Notes: generated from the letters alone by a model not told the origin. A stretch of 64,000 nucleotides of DNA from Chloroflexia bacterium (GCA_030431755.1 JAUIIK010000006.1:4061-68060), one strand, 5' to 3'. Positions 17,609 through 27,064 are shown, counted from the stretch's first letter. A program made the numbers and translations.

Positions 17609-19420
17609 TTACAGCGGCCAGACGAGCGGGATAACGGCGACAGTGATGAGCATCGCGACGACACAGAGGCCCGCGCCGAACTTCAGGTAGTTGGCAACGG
17701 TGTACCTGCCGGGCGCTTGCACGAGCAAGGGGGCCGGGTGGCCGACCGGGAGCAGGAAGTTTGCCGACGCCGCGATGATGACTGCCGCCGCGAAGGCGTG
17801 CGGATTCGAGTCCAGGCGGCTGGCGACGTCGATCGCGACTGGCGTCATGATGACGGCGACGGCGGCGTTGTGGATCGGTTGCGTCAACAGCATCGTGATG
17901 AGGGCAACCCCGGCCAGGATCGCGATGGTGCCGAAAGGCTCGAGCAGGTCGATCAGCCCCTCGGCGATCAGCTCCGCGCCACCGGTGTTGCGGAGCGCGA
18001 TGCCGAGCGGGAACATGCCGGCGATCAGAATCACCGTGCCCCAGCCAACACGTTCGTAGGCATCCTGTGGACTCAGGACTCCAATCAGGATAGTTGCCGC
18101 TGCGCCAGCCAGCGCGGCGATACCAACGCTCATTAGGCCGAGCGAGGCAACCACGATAACGCCGAGCAGGATGAGGGCTGAGTACGGAGCGAGATGACGT
18201 AGTTCGTCCGGCGCTTCCTGCTGGGGCGGCGGGTTCATCCAGAGGTACTCCGGCCGCGGCTGAAACGCGCGCGTTGTGCTGCGCGGTCCGTAGAGCAGGA
18301 GCGTGTCGCCGGGTAGCAGCCGGTGGTCGGCGATGTCGGTTCGAATCGGGCGTTTGGTGTGCCAGACGGCGACTGCCGTCAGGTCGTGCTCATTGCGGAA
18401 GTCCAGCTCGCGCAAGGTCTTGCCGACGACCTCCGAGCGCGGTGGCACGATGACCTCGACGAGCTCCGCCTCGCTGAGTGGGAAGCGGCTGACCGAGCGC
18501 GGCGTGCCGATGAGCTCCAGATTCGAGCGTTCGGCGATCTGCATCACGCGCTCGCTGCGGCCGCCGATCAGGAGGATGTCGCCAGCTTCGATGGGCGCGG
18601 AGCCGCGCGTGACGGCGCTGGTGCTGCCGGCGCGGATCGTCGCGATGACGCTGACGCCGTAGCCCGCGCCTAGGCCGGAGTCGCGCAACGTCCGTCCGAC
18701 GACCTGGGACTCCGGCAGAACGACGACTTCCCAGATACGGTCGGTCATGCCGTAGGTGTCGACGAGCTCGTCCTGAGAAAGGTACGACGGGCCGTCGTCA
18801 TCGAGGGCAGTGTCCGGGAGCAGATAGCGGCCGAGCAAGAGGCTGTAGAGTGTTGCGGAGAGGAGGAATACGACGCCGAGTGGCGCAAGCTCGAAGAATC
18901 CGAAACCGGAGATGCCGCCGGACTGCAGCTGGCTGTTGACGACGAGGTTATGCGATGCGCCGATGATCGTCAGGTTTGCCCCGGCCAGCGCCGTCGCCGC
19001 TAGTGGCATCAGCAAGCGCGATGGCGACATGCCGATGCGTCGTGACAGCCGCATGACTGCCGGAATGAAGACCGATGCGGCCGCAACGATGTTGATGAAA
19101 CCTGAGAGGATGCCGGGCCCGAGTGTGCTCACCAGCACGAGCCGCCGCTCGCTACCCTGGATCAGGCTGGTGAGCTTGTCGGCTGCCCAGACGATCGCGC
19201 CGCTCCTGACGAGCCCCGCGCCGATGATCGTGAGGCCGATGATCGCGGCGACGGCGTTGCTGCTCAGACCGGAGAGCGCTTCCTCGGGCGTGACGAGGTC
19301 GAGCGCGGCGACGGAGACGAGCACGAGAATCGAAACCACGTCCGAAGGCAGCCACTCAGTGATGAACATGAGCACCGCCAGCGCCAGTATTCCGAAAACC
19401 AGCGCAGTGTCGGCATCCAC
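17609..19420 (-). CDS. SLC13/DASS-type permease with two internal TrkA-C (RCK_C) domains
   Basis: 603 aa. N- and C-terminal multi-TM halves flank a soluble duplicated region (VVVLPESQVVGRTLRD..., VIVPPRSEVVGKTLREL...). Confidence 0.85.
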   Translation of the reverse strand: MDADTALVFGILALAVLMFITEWLPSDVVSILVLVSVAALDLVTPEEALSGLSSNAVAAIIGLTIIGAGLVRSGAIVWAADKLTSLIQGSERRLVLVSTLGPGILSGFINIVAAASVFIPAVMRLSRRIGMSPSRLLMPLAATALAGANLTIIGASHNLVVNSQLQSGGISGFGFFELAPLGVVFLLSATLYSLLLGRYLLPDTALDDDGPSYLSQDELVDTYGMTDRIWEVVVLPESQVVGRTLRDSGLGAGYGVSVIATIRAGSTSAVTRGSAPIEAGDILLIGGRSERVMQIAERSNLELIGTPRSVSRFPLSEAELVEVIVPPRSEVVGKTLRELDFRNEHDLTAVAVWHTKRPIRTDIADHRLLPGDTLLLYGPRSTTRAFQPRPEYLWMNPPPQQEAPDELRHLAPYSALILLGVIVVASLGLMSVGIAALAGAAATILIGVLSPQDAYERVGWGTVILIAGMFPLGIALRNTGGAELIAEGLIDLLEPFGTIAILAGVALITMLLTQPIHNAAVAVIMTPVAIDVASRLDSNPHAFAAAVIIAASANFLLPVGHPAPLLVQAPGRYTVANYLKFGAGLCVVAMLITVAVIPLVWPL

Positions 19421-19508
19421 CGTTCGGTCCCTCCCTCTCCGCGGCGTGCTTGAATTACCTCGATATGCGCCGTGCTAGTTGTACCTGTAGTGAGAGGCCA
19501 GCGCCGGA

Positions 19509-20165
19509 TTGAGTAATGAGTTTAGCCGGGAACTGCGAATTCTCAGGCGTGAGCATGAAGACGATGGCTTGGACCCCGATACACTGCTGGATGATCCGCT
19601 TGCCCAGTTCGAGCGCTGGTTGCAGGACGCGCTCGACGCCGGTGAGCTGCTGCCGAACGCGATGACGCTGGCAACTGCCGATGCTGATGGGCGTCCGTCA
19701 GCTCGCATCACGTTGCTCAAGGGGATCGACGATGGCGGTTTCGTATTCTTCTCCAACTACGAGAGCCGCAAGGGGCGTCAGCTCGCTGAGAACCCCATGG
19801 CTGCGCTCGTCTTCTACTGGGGCGCGTTGAGCCGGCAGGTGCGCGTCGAAGGGGTGGTCGAGCGAGTTAGCGAGCAGGACTCGGCGGACTACTTCGCGAC
19901 ACGCTCGCGTGGCAGCCAGCTCGGCGCGTGGGCGTCGCCACAGAGCCGTGTGCTCGCCGACCGTGAGGAGCTGGAGGAGCTCGTGCGTACAGCCGAGGAA
20001 GGCTTCGAGGGCGAGCAGATTCCGCTGCCCCCGCACTGGGGCGGCTTCCGCTTGCGCCCAACGATGATCGAGTTCTGGAAGGGACGCGCCAGCAGACTGC
20101 ACGACCGCTTTCGCTACTCGCGGGCGGACAGTGGCGCATGGACTCGCGAACGGCTCGCGCCATGA
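19509..20165 (+). CDS. pdxH: Pyridoxamine 5'-phosphate oxidase
   Basis: LATADADGRPSARITLLKG.DDGGFVFFSNYESRKG...YWGALSRQVRVEG...HWGGFRL.P..IEFWKGR.SRLHDR. TTG start assumed. Confidence 0.9.
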   Translation: MSNEFSRELRILRREHEDDGLDPDTLLDDPLAQFERWLQDALDAGELLPNAMTLATADADGRPSARITLLKGIDDGGFVFFSNYESRKGRQLAENPMAALVFYWGALSRQVRVEGVVERVSEQDSADYFATRSRGSQLGAWASPQSRVLADREELEELVRTAEEGFEGEQIPLPPHWGGFRLRPTMIEFWKGRASRLHDRFRYSRADSGAWTRERLAP

Positions 20166-20208
20166 TCCGCATGTCAGGTGGCTGTCGGGTATGTGAGATG
20201 AGGGCGTC

Positions 20209-21048
20209 GTGACGCACAGATGGCCGGGCGGCGCGCGCTGCGTCGCAATGTTGACCGTGGATTTCGACGGGACCGGCAACGAAGTCGGTCAGGGTTTCGA
20301 TCCGGTCGGCATCAGGGCGGCTGGTGGATACTCTGCCCGACGGGGCATCCCGCGTATGCTCGATATCTTCGAGCGCCATGAGATTCCAGCGACCTTCTTC
20401 GTGCCCGGCTACGACGCCGAACAGCACCCGGATCTGGTGCGGGAGATCGTCAGCCGCGGCCATGAGATCGGCGCGCACGGCTATCTCCACGAGCGCTGGG
20501 AAGTGCCGCTCGACGAGGAGGAACCGCTGCTACGCAAGGCGCATGACATCCTCGTCGACGTGGCCGGCGTCGCGCCGCGTGGTTGGCGGAGTCCCGGCGG
20601 GATGAAGAGTGCGCAAACCCTGCGCGTGTTGCGCGATCTTGGCTACATCTTCGACAGCAGCGACAAAGACTATGACCTGCCCTACCCGGCAATCGTCGCC
20701 GGCGAGCAGTCGACGGAGATGATCGAGCTGCCGAACAACACCTCCAGCCTCGATGACACCTATCTCTACGTCGAAGGCGCAGCGACGCCGGAAGAGGTGC
20801 TGGATCTTTGGCTGGCAGAGTTTGATGCGATCTATCACGATGGCGGCTACTTCATGCTGACCTACCACCCGCGCGCCGGATTCGGCTCCGGCATTCCATC
20901 GCGGGCCTCGGTCATCGAACGCCTAGTTCCTGCGATCAAGCGCTACAGCGATGTCGCGTTCATGCAGCTGGGCGCGCTTGCCGAGTGGTGTCTCGATCCG
21001 GCCAATGGCTTCCAGCCGGCCGAGCGGTGGATTGGAGCGCGGCCATGA
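20209..21048 (+). CDS. Polysaccharide deacetylase (CE4) family protein, paralog 1
   Basis: VDFDG...IPATFFVPGYDAEQHPDLVREIVSRGHEIGAHGYLHE. GTG start. Confidence 0.85.
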   Translation: MTHRWPGGARCVAMLTVDFDGTGNEVGQGFDPVGIRAAGGYSARRGIPRMLDIFERHEIPATFFVPGYDAEQHPDLVREIVSRGHEIGAHGYLHERWEVPLDEEEPLLRKAHDILVDVAGVAPRGWRSPGGMKSAQTLRVLRDLGYIFDSSDKDYDLPYPAIVAGEQSTEMIELPNNTSSLDDTYLYVEGAATPEEVLDLWLAEFDAIYHDGGYFMLTYHPRAGFGSGIPSRASVIERLVPAIKRYSDVAFMQLGALAEWCLDPANGFQPAERWIGARP

Positions 21049-21869
21049 GCGCGGGACCGATCTGGCCCAACGGCGCCGAGTGTGCGGTCGTGGTCACGGT
21101 CAACTACGACGGCGAGAGCGTCGAGCGCGGCGAGCGGCCAGAAGGAGAGCTCTGGGGGCGCTATTCCTACGGGCGCTACGCGACTCAGACCGGCCTGCCG
21201 CGCATACTGGAGTTGCTCGAACGCCACGACCTCCCGGCGACGTTCTTCGTGCCGGGTTGGGACGTCGAGCGCGATCCGGATATTGTTCAGGACATCCGCA
21301 ACCGTGGCTTCGAGCTGGCCGGACATGGCTATCTCCACGAGGATTTCAGCCGGCTTGGAATCGACGAGCAGCGCGAGATTTTGGCGCGGAGCGAAGCAGC
21401 CTTCGAGACCGTGCTTGGGCAGCGACCGGCCGGTTGGCGCGCGCCGGGCGGGCTTATGACGGCCGAGACGCGCGGGTTGCTGGCAGAGCGCGGCTACCGC
21501 TACGACAGCAGCTTCTGCGACGACGACCTGCCCTACCGAGTGCAGACGGAAGCGGGCGCGTCGTTAGTGGAGATCCCCGTCTTTCAGACCGCCAGCGATA
21601 GCCACTACTACACCAAGCGCAGGTCACCGGACGTCGTCGAGCGGGCCTGGCGGACCGAATTCATTTCTGTCTACCAGATCGGCGGGCTCTTCAACCTGAC
21701 CTTGCATCCACGCGGCGACTTTGGCTCGGGCCGGGCGGTGCGCCTGCGCGCTGTCGACCAGCTCATTGCGACGATCAAGCGCTACCCGCGCGTCTGGTGG
21801 ACGACCTGTGGCGAGCTGGCGGAGTGGGCCGTGGCAGCCGGCGACGCGATCGAGACCTGGCCGGCGTGA
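21045..21869 (+). CDS. Polysaccharide deacetylase (CE4) family protein, paralog 2
   Basis: ATGA overlap with paralog 1. VNYDGES...LPATFFVPGWDVERDPDIVQDIRNRGFELAGHGYLHE. Confidence 0.85.
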   Translation: MSAGPIWPNGAECAVVVTVNYDGESVERGERPEGELWGRYSYGRYATQTGLPRILELLERHDLPATFFVPGWDVERDPDIVQDIRNRGFELAGHGYLHEDFSRLGIDEQREILARSEAAFETVLGQRPAGWRAPGGLMTAETRGLLAERGYRYDSSFCDDDLPYRVQTEAGASLVEIPVFQTASDSHYYTKRRSPDVVERAWRTEFISVYQIGGLFNLTLHPRGDFGSGRAVRLRAVDQLIATIKRYPRVWWTTCGELAEWAVAAGDAIETWPA

Positions 21870-21891
21870 TCAGAACGAGGGACGCAGCCTG

Positions 21892-22179
21892 ATGCTGTTC
21901 ATGGTGATCGAGCATTTCAAGGATGCGGACCCGGTCCCGATCTACCAGCGCCTGCGAGATCAGGGCCGACAGTTGCCCGCGAGCGTCGCCTACGTCGATA
22001 GCTGGATCGAAGCCGGCTTTGGCCGCTGTTTCCAGCTCATGGAGTGTGACGACGCGGCGGCGCTCCAGACATGGGCGCTCCAATGGCGCGGCCTGGGCGA
22101 GTTCGAGATCGTCCCGGTTGTGCCGTCCGCAGAGACCCAGAGGATCGTTGAGCCGTACCTGAATGCCGACGACGGATAG
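21892..22179 (+). CDS. DUF3303 family small protein
   Basis: MLFMVIEHFKDADPVPIYQRLRDQGRQLP..VAYVDSWIEAGFGRCFQLMECDD...FEIVPVV. ATG follows GAGGGA. Confidence 0.75.
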   Translation: MLFMVIEHFKDADPVPIYQRLRDQGRQLPASVAYVDSWIEAGFGRCFQLMECDDAAALQTWALQWRGLGEFEIVPVVPSAETQRIVEPYLNADDG

Positions 22180-22215
22180 CGTCAGCCGTTCAGGGCATTG
22201 GTCGCGTGGAACGGC

Positions 22216-22289
22216 GTAGGGCAGGGGCTCGTCCCCTGCCGGCTTGCGGGCTCCGGCCAGACGCGGCAGGGGACGAGCCCCTGCCCTAC
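22216..22289. repeat. REP-like double hairpin, copy 2
   Basis: gtagggcaggggctcgtcccctgcc (22216-22240) and its perfect reverse complement (22265-22289), with a 24-nt spacer. Lies between the convergent DUF3303 and M20 genes. Confidence 0.7.
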
Positions 22290-22388
22290 GAGGCGGTCGG
22301 TGGGCGTCTCGATGCGGTCAACGCCAAACGACAGGGTTCGCCCCAGGGATGCGGGCACAGAGGCGCTCGATCCCCAGGGCGATGAGCG

Positions 22389-23660
22389 CTAGAAGGCCAG
22401 GTAGTGGATGAGGACCTTCATGTGTGCGATGACGTCGTCCATACGGACGAACTCGTTTGCGCCGTGGGCGCGGGAGTCCATGCGGCCCGGGCCGGTGAAG
22501 GGAATATCGTTCCAGCCGAGTTCCTGGTGGACGTTGGCCATGTCCGTTGAGCCCGAGCCGCCCGACGCGACGAAATCGTCATCGCTGTAGCCGTGGACGA
22601 GCTTGTAGCTCTCGACCATCTTGCGCGTGTGCTCGCCTTCGAGCCCGGCGGTGCGCATCGCCGGATAGACGTGGAAGACCTCGACCTCGACATCCTCGGC
22701 GACGCTCTTCTCCATGCCCCGGTCGATGGCTTCGCGGATCTCACCGACGACGTCGTCGAAGTTCTCGTCGGGAATGTAGCGCCGGTTGATGATGAGGCTG
22801 CACGACGACGGCACGATGTTCGATTTGCGGCCGGCGTTGATGACCGAGAGGTTGAACATCGGCGTCATCTTGTCGGAGGGCGCTTGCGGGTGGGCCGGGC
22901 CTGGTACGTCGGATTCACGCGCCTCGACCACCTGCTTGAGCGCGTAGAGCTCGTTGAGAACCGGGATGATGCCGTCGATGGCGTTGACGGCGATGAAGTT
23001 CATCCCGGAGTGGCCGCTCCGGCCGATCGTCGTCACCGTCACGTCCACCGCACCGGCTGAGGCGAGGCCGATGCGCGGGTCCTGACCGCCTTCGAGACAG
23101 AGCATGTGACCCTTGACGTAGCCCTCCTTGGCAAGGTGCCAGATGCCGGGATAGCCGCCAATCTCCTCGTCGGTGCAGATGCAGACGATCAGATCATAGG
23201 CGGGGTCGATGCCTTCGGCGTCCATGACCTCGATGGCCGTGAGTAGCGAGGCGATCGCGCCCTTCATGTCGGCGGTGCCGCGACCGTAGATGCGCCCGTC
23301 ATCCAGCGTTGCCTGGAATGGGTCGTAGTTCCAACCCTCCTCAATCGGCACGACATCCATGTGGGCGTAGATCGTCACCTGCTCGCCGTTGCTGGCCGGC
23401 GAGGTCCGCGTGGCCACGAGGTTGACGCGCGGGCCTTCCAGCGGCAGCGGAATGCCGTCTATTAGCTCGTCCGGAATGACGACGCGTTCCGTGTCAAAGC
23501 CGAGCGCCTGAAACTTCGGTTCGACGACGTCGACGAAGCGGTCGTAGTTCAGTCCGGGCGGAACGCTCGTGTCGATTGCGATCACGTCCTTGAAGTGTTC
23601 GTAGACGCGCTCGGTCATCGTTGCGGCGCGGTCGAATGCGGCTTGTTCGCGACTATCCAA
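22389..23660 (-). CDS. M20 family metallopeptidase (ArgE/DapE/ACY1-like deacylase)
   Basis: YAHMDVVP...W..DPF...DGRIYGRGTADMKG. TTG 23660 lies 6 nt after GGAGG. Confidence 0.85.
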   Translation of the reverse strand: MDSREQAAFDRAATMTERVYEHFKDVIAIDTSVPPGLNYDRFVDVVEPKFQALGFDTERVVIPDELIDGIPLPLEGPRVNLVATRTSPASNGEQVTIYAHMDVVPIEEGWNYDPFQATLDDGRIYGRGTADMKGAIASLLTAIEVMDAEGIDPAYDLIVCICTDEEIGGYPGIWHLAKEGYVKGHMLCLEGGQDPRIGLASAGAVDVTVTTIGRSGHSGMNFIAVNAIDGIIPVLNELYALKQVVEARESDVPGPAHPQAPSDKMTPMFNLSVINAGRKSNIVPSSCSLIINRRYIPDENFDDVVGEIREAIDRGMEKSVAEDVEVEVFHVYPAMRTAGLEGEHTRKMVESYKLVHGYSDDDFVASGGSGSTDMANVHQELGWNDIPFTGPGRMDSRAHGANEFVRMDDVIAHMKVLIHYLAF

Positions 23661-23733
23661 GAGTTACCTCCGTTTGCAGGTCAATACATCCGGAGGCATT
23701 CTAGTGGTCAGGGCCGTGAAACGGGAACAGAGG

Positions 23734-24273
23734 CTAGAAGATGCCGAGGAAGCCGCCGCGCCGTTGCTCCGGCGTGCGCCGTTTGAAGGCATCGTCGAGC
23801 AGCTTCTGGACGTTGTCCAGCGTGAGGTAGCGCTCGAAGTGAATCAGGGCCTTGTGGCCGACGACGCTGCGATCCGGCTGGCTGCCGGCAACGAGGATGT
23901 GCGAGTCGAGCTCGCAGACGGTGATGCCGACGGCAGTCTGGTTGTCCAGCAGGTAGCCAAGCGCGCGGAAGAAGTCCTCGTAGCCGGTTGGAAGATTCTT
24001 GGAATGGGAATTGTACTTCTGACCGTGCCCGCGGTAGTTCAACGCTTCTTGCATCAGGCGCGCGAAGTCCGTGTCGGGGAACTCTAGAGCCTGTGGCCGG
24101 CGCTTATCAGGCGCAGTTGCGCGCACGATAAAGCCGCCGTCGATCTCCAGCACGGCGGCGTCGCGGAATTGGCCGATATCGAGGTGGTGGCCAATGACGC
24201 GCAGCCGGTTCTGGTAGGTCGGGCGTAGCAGCGCCTGGTTGGGCGTTCGTTGGTTGTTCGACGTCTGGATCAT
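23734..24273 (-). CDS. Uncharacterised two-module protein (family copy 2; paralog of 87..695)
   Basis: YQNRLRVIGHHLDIGQFRDAAVLEIDGGFIVRATAP and GYEDFFRALGYLLDNQTAVGITVCELDSHILVAG. The ATG 24273 start was chosen by alignment with copy 1; the track ORF extends to GTG 24348. Confidence 0.7.
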   Translation of the reverse strand: MIQTSNNQRTPNQALLRPTYQNRLRVIGHHLDIGQFRDAAVLEIDGGFIVRATAPDKRRPQALEFPDTDFARLMQEALNYRGHGQKYNSHSKNLPTGYEDFFRALGYLLDNQTAVGITVCELDSHILVAGSQPDRSVVGHKALIHFERYLTLDNVQKLLDDAFKRRTPEQRRGGFLGIF

Positions 24274-24384
24274 CCAGTTGTCTCTTGCCGGTGTCTTCCT
24301 TGACTCATCTAAGTATCGACACAAATTGGCTGTGCCTTGAGCGCTCACGCCGCCAATCCGGCAAGCGCTCCGTAAAGCTGGTGG

Positions 24385-24966
24385 CTACGATGCGGCCCGA
24401 CGGCGTTTCCATTCGTCGCGAGCCACAATCCACTCATCGCGTTTGATGTCGAACACCCAGGTGTCGAGATACTTGCCCCTGCGCGGACCATCGAGCCGGA
24501 GTAACCCGGCGGCTTGATAGCCCTGACGGCGCAGCGCGGCGGCCGACCGTTCGTTCGAGCCAAACACGTACGACTGAAGGATATGCAATTGTAGATGATC
24601 GAAACAATACTCCAAAAGTAGGTGTTTGGACTCCGTTCCGTACCCTTTGCCGCGCCATTCGCCAGGAGCAAAGTACGAGAAGGTCTCGGCCGTGCCGTTT
24701 ACATAATTGATGCTGAATAGACCCACCCAGCCGATAAGCTCATCGGTGTCGCGTAAGCAAGATTGGAGCGTGAGCGAGTCCGGTATGCTCGTATCGGCGT
24801 TCTCGTCGATCCATTTGCGAAAAGCGATTGGCGATTGCAGGTAACGGCCGTAGTCGTCGGTCCAATCGTCGATTTCGCGCGCGTAGAAGCTCGCCATCGT
24901 CAGAGCGTCGTCGGGCTCCTCGGCGCGCAGGTAGACTCGTTCACCGACCATGAGCGGGTTACGCAT
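24385..24966 (-). CDS. GNAT (RimJ/RimL-like) N-acetyltransferase, cassette 1 gene B
   Basis: MRNPLMVGERVYLRA...NGTAETFSYF..GEWRGKGYGTESKHLLLEYCFDHL. Overlaps the upstream GNAT by 8 nt (ATGCGTAA). Confidence 0.85.
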   Translation of the reverse strand: MRNPLMVGERVYLRAEEPDDALTMASFYAREIDDWTDDYGRYLQSPIAFRKWIDENADTSIPDSLTLQSCLRDTDELIGWVGLFSINYVNGTAETFSYFAPGEWRGKGYGTESKHLLLEYCFDHLQLHILQSYVFGSNERSAAALRRQGYQAAGLLRLDGPRRGKYLDTWVFDIKRDEWIVARDEWKRRRAAS

Positions 24967-25492
24967 CAATGCCGCCTTCCACGGTTCCCAGTTTTTGAAA
25001 GACCAGGTTGTCCACGCGCACGCCGGCGGGGCGCGTGAAGTACTCACGCAGCGTCGCTTGATGGGACATCCCCAGCTCCTCCACAGCCGCGCGGCAGACC
25101 GGCTCGTCGGAGGCGACGTAGCACTGGACGGAGATCAGGCCCCACTCCTCAGCGAGAAATGGGACGATCAAGCGGAACGCAGCCGCCCGTAGCTCGTCAG
25201 CATCGTCGGCCCAGCGCGCGATCTTGACGACAAACTCGCCGACCAGGTTGCGGACGCCGATAGTGACGCCGCCGATGACCTCGTCGGTTGCCGTGCGGCA
25301 GAGGGCGTATTGGCGCGTGCGCGGCCACCACTCCCCGTGCCACTGCTTCAGCAGCTTTTCGCCGCGCGGCGAACCGATCGGGAAAGGTGTCCCAGCCCAG
25401 GCCGCGGCGACGTTCTTGTCTTCCTCGACGTAAGCTCTGATATAGACCTCATCGCCCGATAAAAACACGGCGCGAAATTCACGTGGTTCCAC
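24959..25492 (-). CDS. GNAT-like acetyltransferase, cassette 1 gene A
   Basis: Homologous to 58059..58583 (AVFLSGDEVYIRAY vs AVYLTGDVVALRAF; C-terminus RVDNLVFQ vs RVDRLVFQ). GTG 25492 lies 12 nt after GGAGGG. The rest of the 377-aa track ORF looks spurious. Confidence 0.65.
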   Translation of the reverse strand: MEPREFRAVFLSGDEVYIRAYVEEDKNVAAAWAGTPFPIGSPRGEKLLKQWHGEWWPRTRQYALCRTATDEVIGGVTIGVRNLVGEFVVKIARWADDADELRAAAFRLIVPFLAEEWGLISVQCYVASDEPVCRAAVEELGMSHQATLREYFTRPAGVRVDNLVFQKLGTVEGGIDA

Positions 25493-25609
25493 GCGGCGGC
25501 AATTCCCTCCACTTTGAGCAACAGCGCCATCGCGAACAGGGAACACAATCGTACCTGTTCGCGTTGCACCACAGAGGATTGCCGCGAGATTGAGAAAGGC
25601 AGGTGGCGG

Positions 25610-25978
25610 ATGGAAGCGCGCATCGAACAGGCATTGGCGGAGGACCGCATCATTGACATCACGACGATCGGTCGTAAGAGCGGCGCGCCGAGCCGGAAGG
25701 AGATGTGGTTCCACAATCTCGATGGTGACATCTACATCACCGGCCAGCCCGGGAGGCGGGACTGGTACGCCAACGTGGTCGCCAATCCCGAGTTCACCTT
25801 CCACCTGAAGGTGTCGACAGCGGCAGACCTGGCCGCCACCGCCCGGCCGATCACAGCAGAAGGCGAGAAGCGCGCTGTGCTGGCCGCGATTCTCGCCAAC
25901 CTCGACCGCTCGGATCAAATCGACCGCTGGGTCGCCGACAGCCCGCTCATCGAGGTGACGTTCGCCGCGCAGGGCTGA
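25610..25978 (+). CDS. Deazaflavin (F420)-dependent nitroreductase family protein (DUF385/Ddn-like)
   Basis: ITTIGRKSGAPSRKEMWFHNLDGDIYITGQPGRRDWYANVVANPEFTFHL. Confidence 0.75.
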   Translation: MEARIEQALAEDRIIDITTIGRKSGAPSRKEMWFHNLDGDIYITGQPGRRDWYANVVANPEFTFHLKVSTAADLAATARPITAEGEKRAVLAAILANLDRSDQIDRWVADSPLIEVTFAAQG

Positions 25979-26197
25979 GGGACTAGGCGGTGGCCAGCTG
26001 GCGCACACAAGAAAGCGGCGCTGGTTGTCGGGGCCTGCGCCGCATTCCTGCGAGGAGACAGATGTCGTTGGCCAAACGATCGTGGCGGTCACGGTGAACG
26101 CATTTCCATGACCATTGCACTGGGGCTATCCTATGACGGCCCAGTACGGATGGGCTAGAAGCAATGGTCTCAGTTTCAGACTGGGACGAAATACTAT

Positions 26198-27064
26198 ATG
26201 AACGGGGAATCCATGGCTGGAGCACACCGCTTGCGCGTCGGACTGGTTGTTGGTCAGCGTGATAGCTGGCCGGAGCTGGTGCGCCGCGCCAGGCTTGCCG
26301 AAGACCTCGGCTACGACTCGATCTGGGTCGTCGACCATTTCTTCGGCGGCTCGGACGAGATGGGCGACACGCATGAGGCTTACAGCGTGTTGGCAGGGCT
26401 CGCGATGGTGACGAACCGCGTGCGGCTCGGAGTGATGGTCGCGGGCAACACCTACCGCAACCCGGTCGTGCTGCTCAAGCAGGCCGTGACGGTTGACCAT
26501 ATCTCGAATGGCCGGGTGGACTTCGGGATTGGGGCCGGTTGGTGGGAGCGCGAGCACGAGGCCTTCAGCTACGTCTTCCCCTCCGCCGGCGACCGGGTCT
26601 CGATGTTCGAGGAAGCGCTTGAGGCCATCGATAGCTTTCAGCGCAACGAGCGCACCAACTTCGATGGCAAGTTCTACCAGTACGTCAACACGCCCTTTGA
26701 GCCGAAGCCGATCCAGCAGCCGGTCATGCCGATGCTCATTGGCGCAAGCGGTCCACGCATGCTCGGGATCACCGCCCGCCACACCGCCATCTGGAACACC
26801 CGCAGCCCGCTCGACGAGGCGAAGGCCAAGAGTGCGTTGCTTGATGAGAAGTGCAAGGAGATCGGCCGCGATCCGAACGAGATTTTGCGCTCGGTCTGGC
26901 CAGCGGGGAGCCAGCTCGGATCGGTTGAGACGCTTGGCGACTACATCGGCAGCTTCCGTGAAGCGGGTTTCGATGACTTCCTCTTCGCCTGGCCCACCGA
27001 TGACGAGGAGATGGCAACGGTCGAGGAGGCGGCCCGGACGCTGCTACCGGAGCTGAGGGGGTAG
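26198..27064 (+). CDS. LLM-class (luciferase-like) F420-dependent oxidoreductase
   Basis: AEDLGYDSIWVVDHF...RVRLGVMVAGNTYRNPVVLLKQAVTVDHISNGRVDFGIGAGW. Confidence 0.85.
   Translation: MNGESMAGAHRLRVGLVVGQRDSWPELVRRARLAEDLGYDSIWVVDHFFGGSDEMGDTHEAYSVLAGLAMVTNRVRLGVMVAGNTYRNPVVLLKQAVTVDHISNGRVDFGIGAGWWEREHEAFSYVFPSAGDRVSMFEEALEAIDSFQRNERTNFDGKFYQYVNTPFEPKPIQQPVMPMLIGASGPRMLGITARHTAIWNTRSPLDEAKAKSALLDEKCKEIGRDPNEILRSVWPAGSQLGSVETLGDYIGSFREAGFDDFLFAWPTDDEEMATVEEAARTLLPELRG

Noticed and set aside
24274-24348. Longer start (GTG 24348) for the second two-module protein
   Set aside because: The extra 25 residues (MSAQGTANLCRYLDESRKTPARDNW) have no counterpart in the paralog, and no SD precedes the GTG. 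ATG 24273 aligns with the paralog's N-terminus. This remains uncertain.
25493-26092. N-terminal 200-aa extension of the 377-aa track ORF containing GNAT-A1
   Set aside because: It has no counterpart in the paralog (58059..58583, 174 aa) and overlaps the oppositely oriented Ddn-like gene and its upstream region. GTG 25492 has an upstream GGAGGG.
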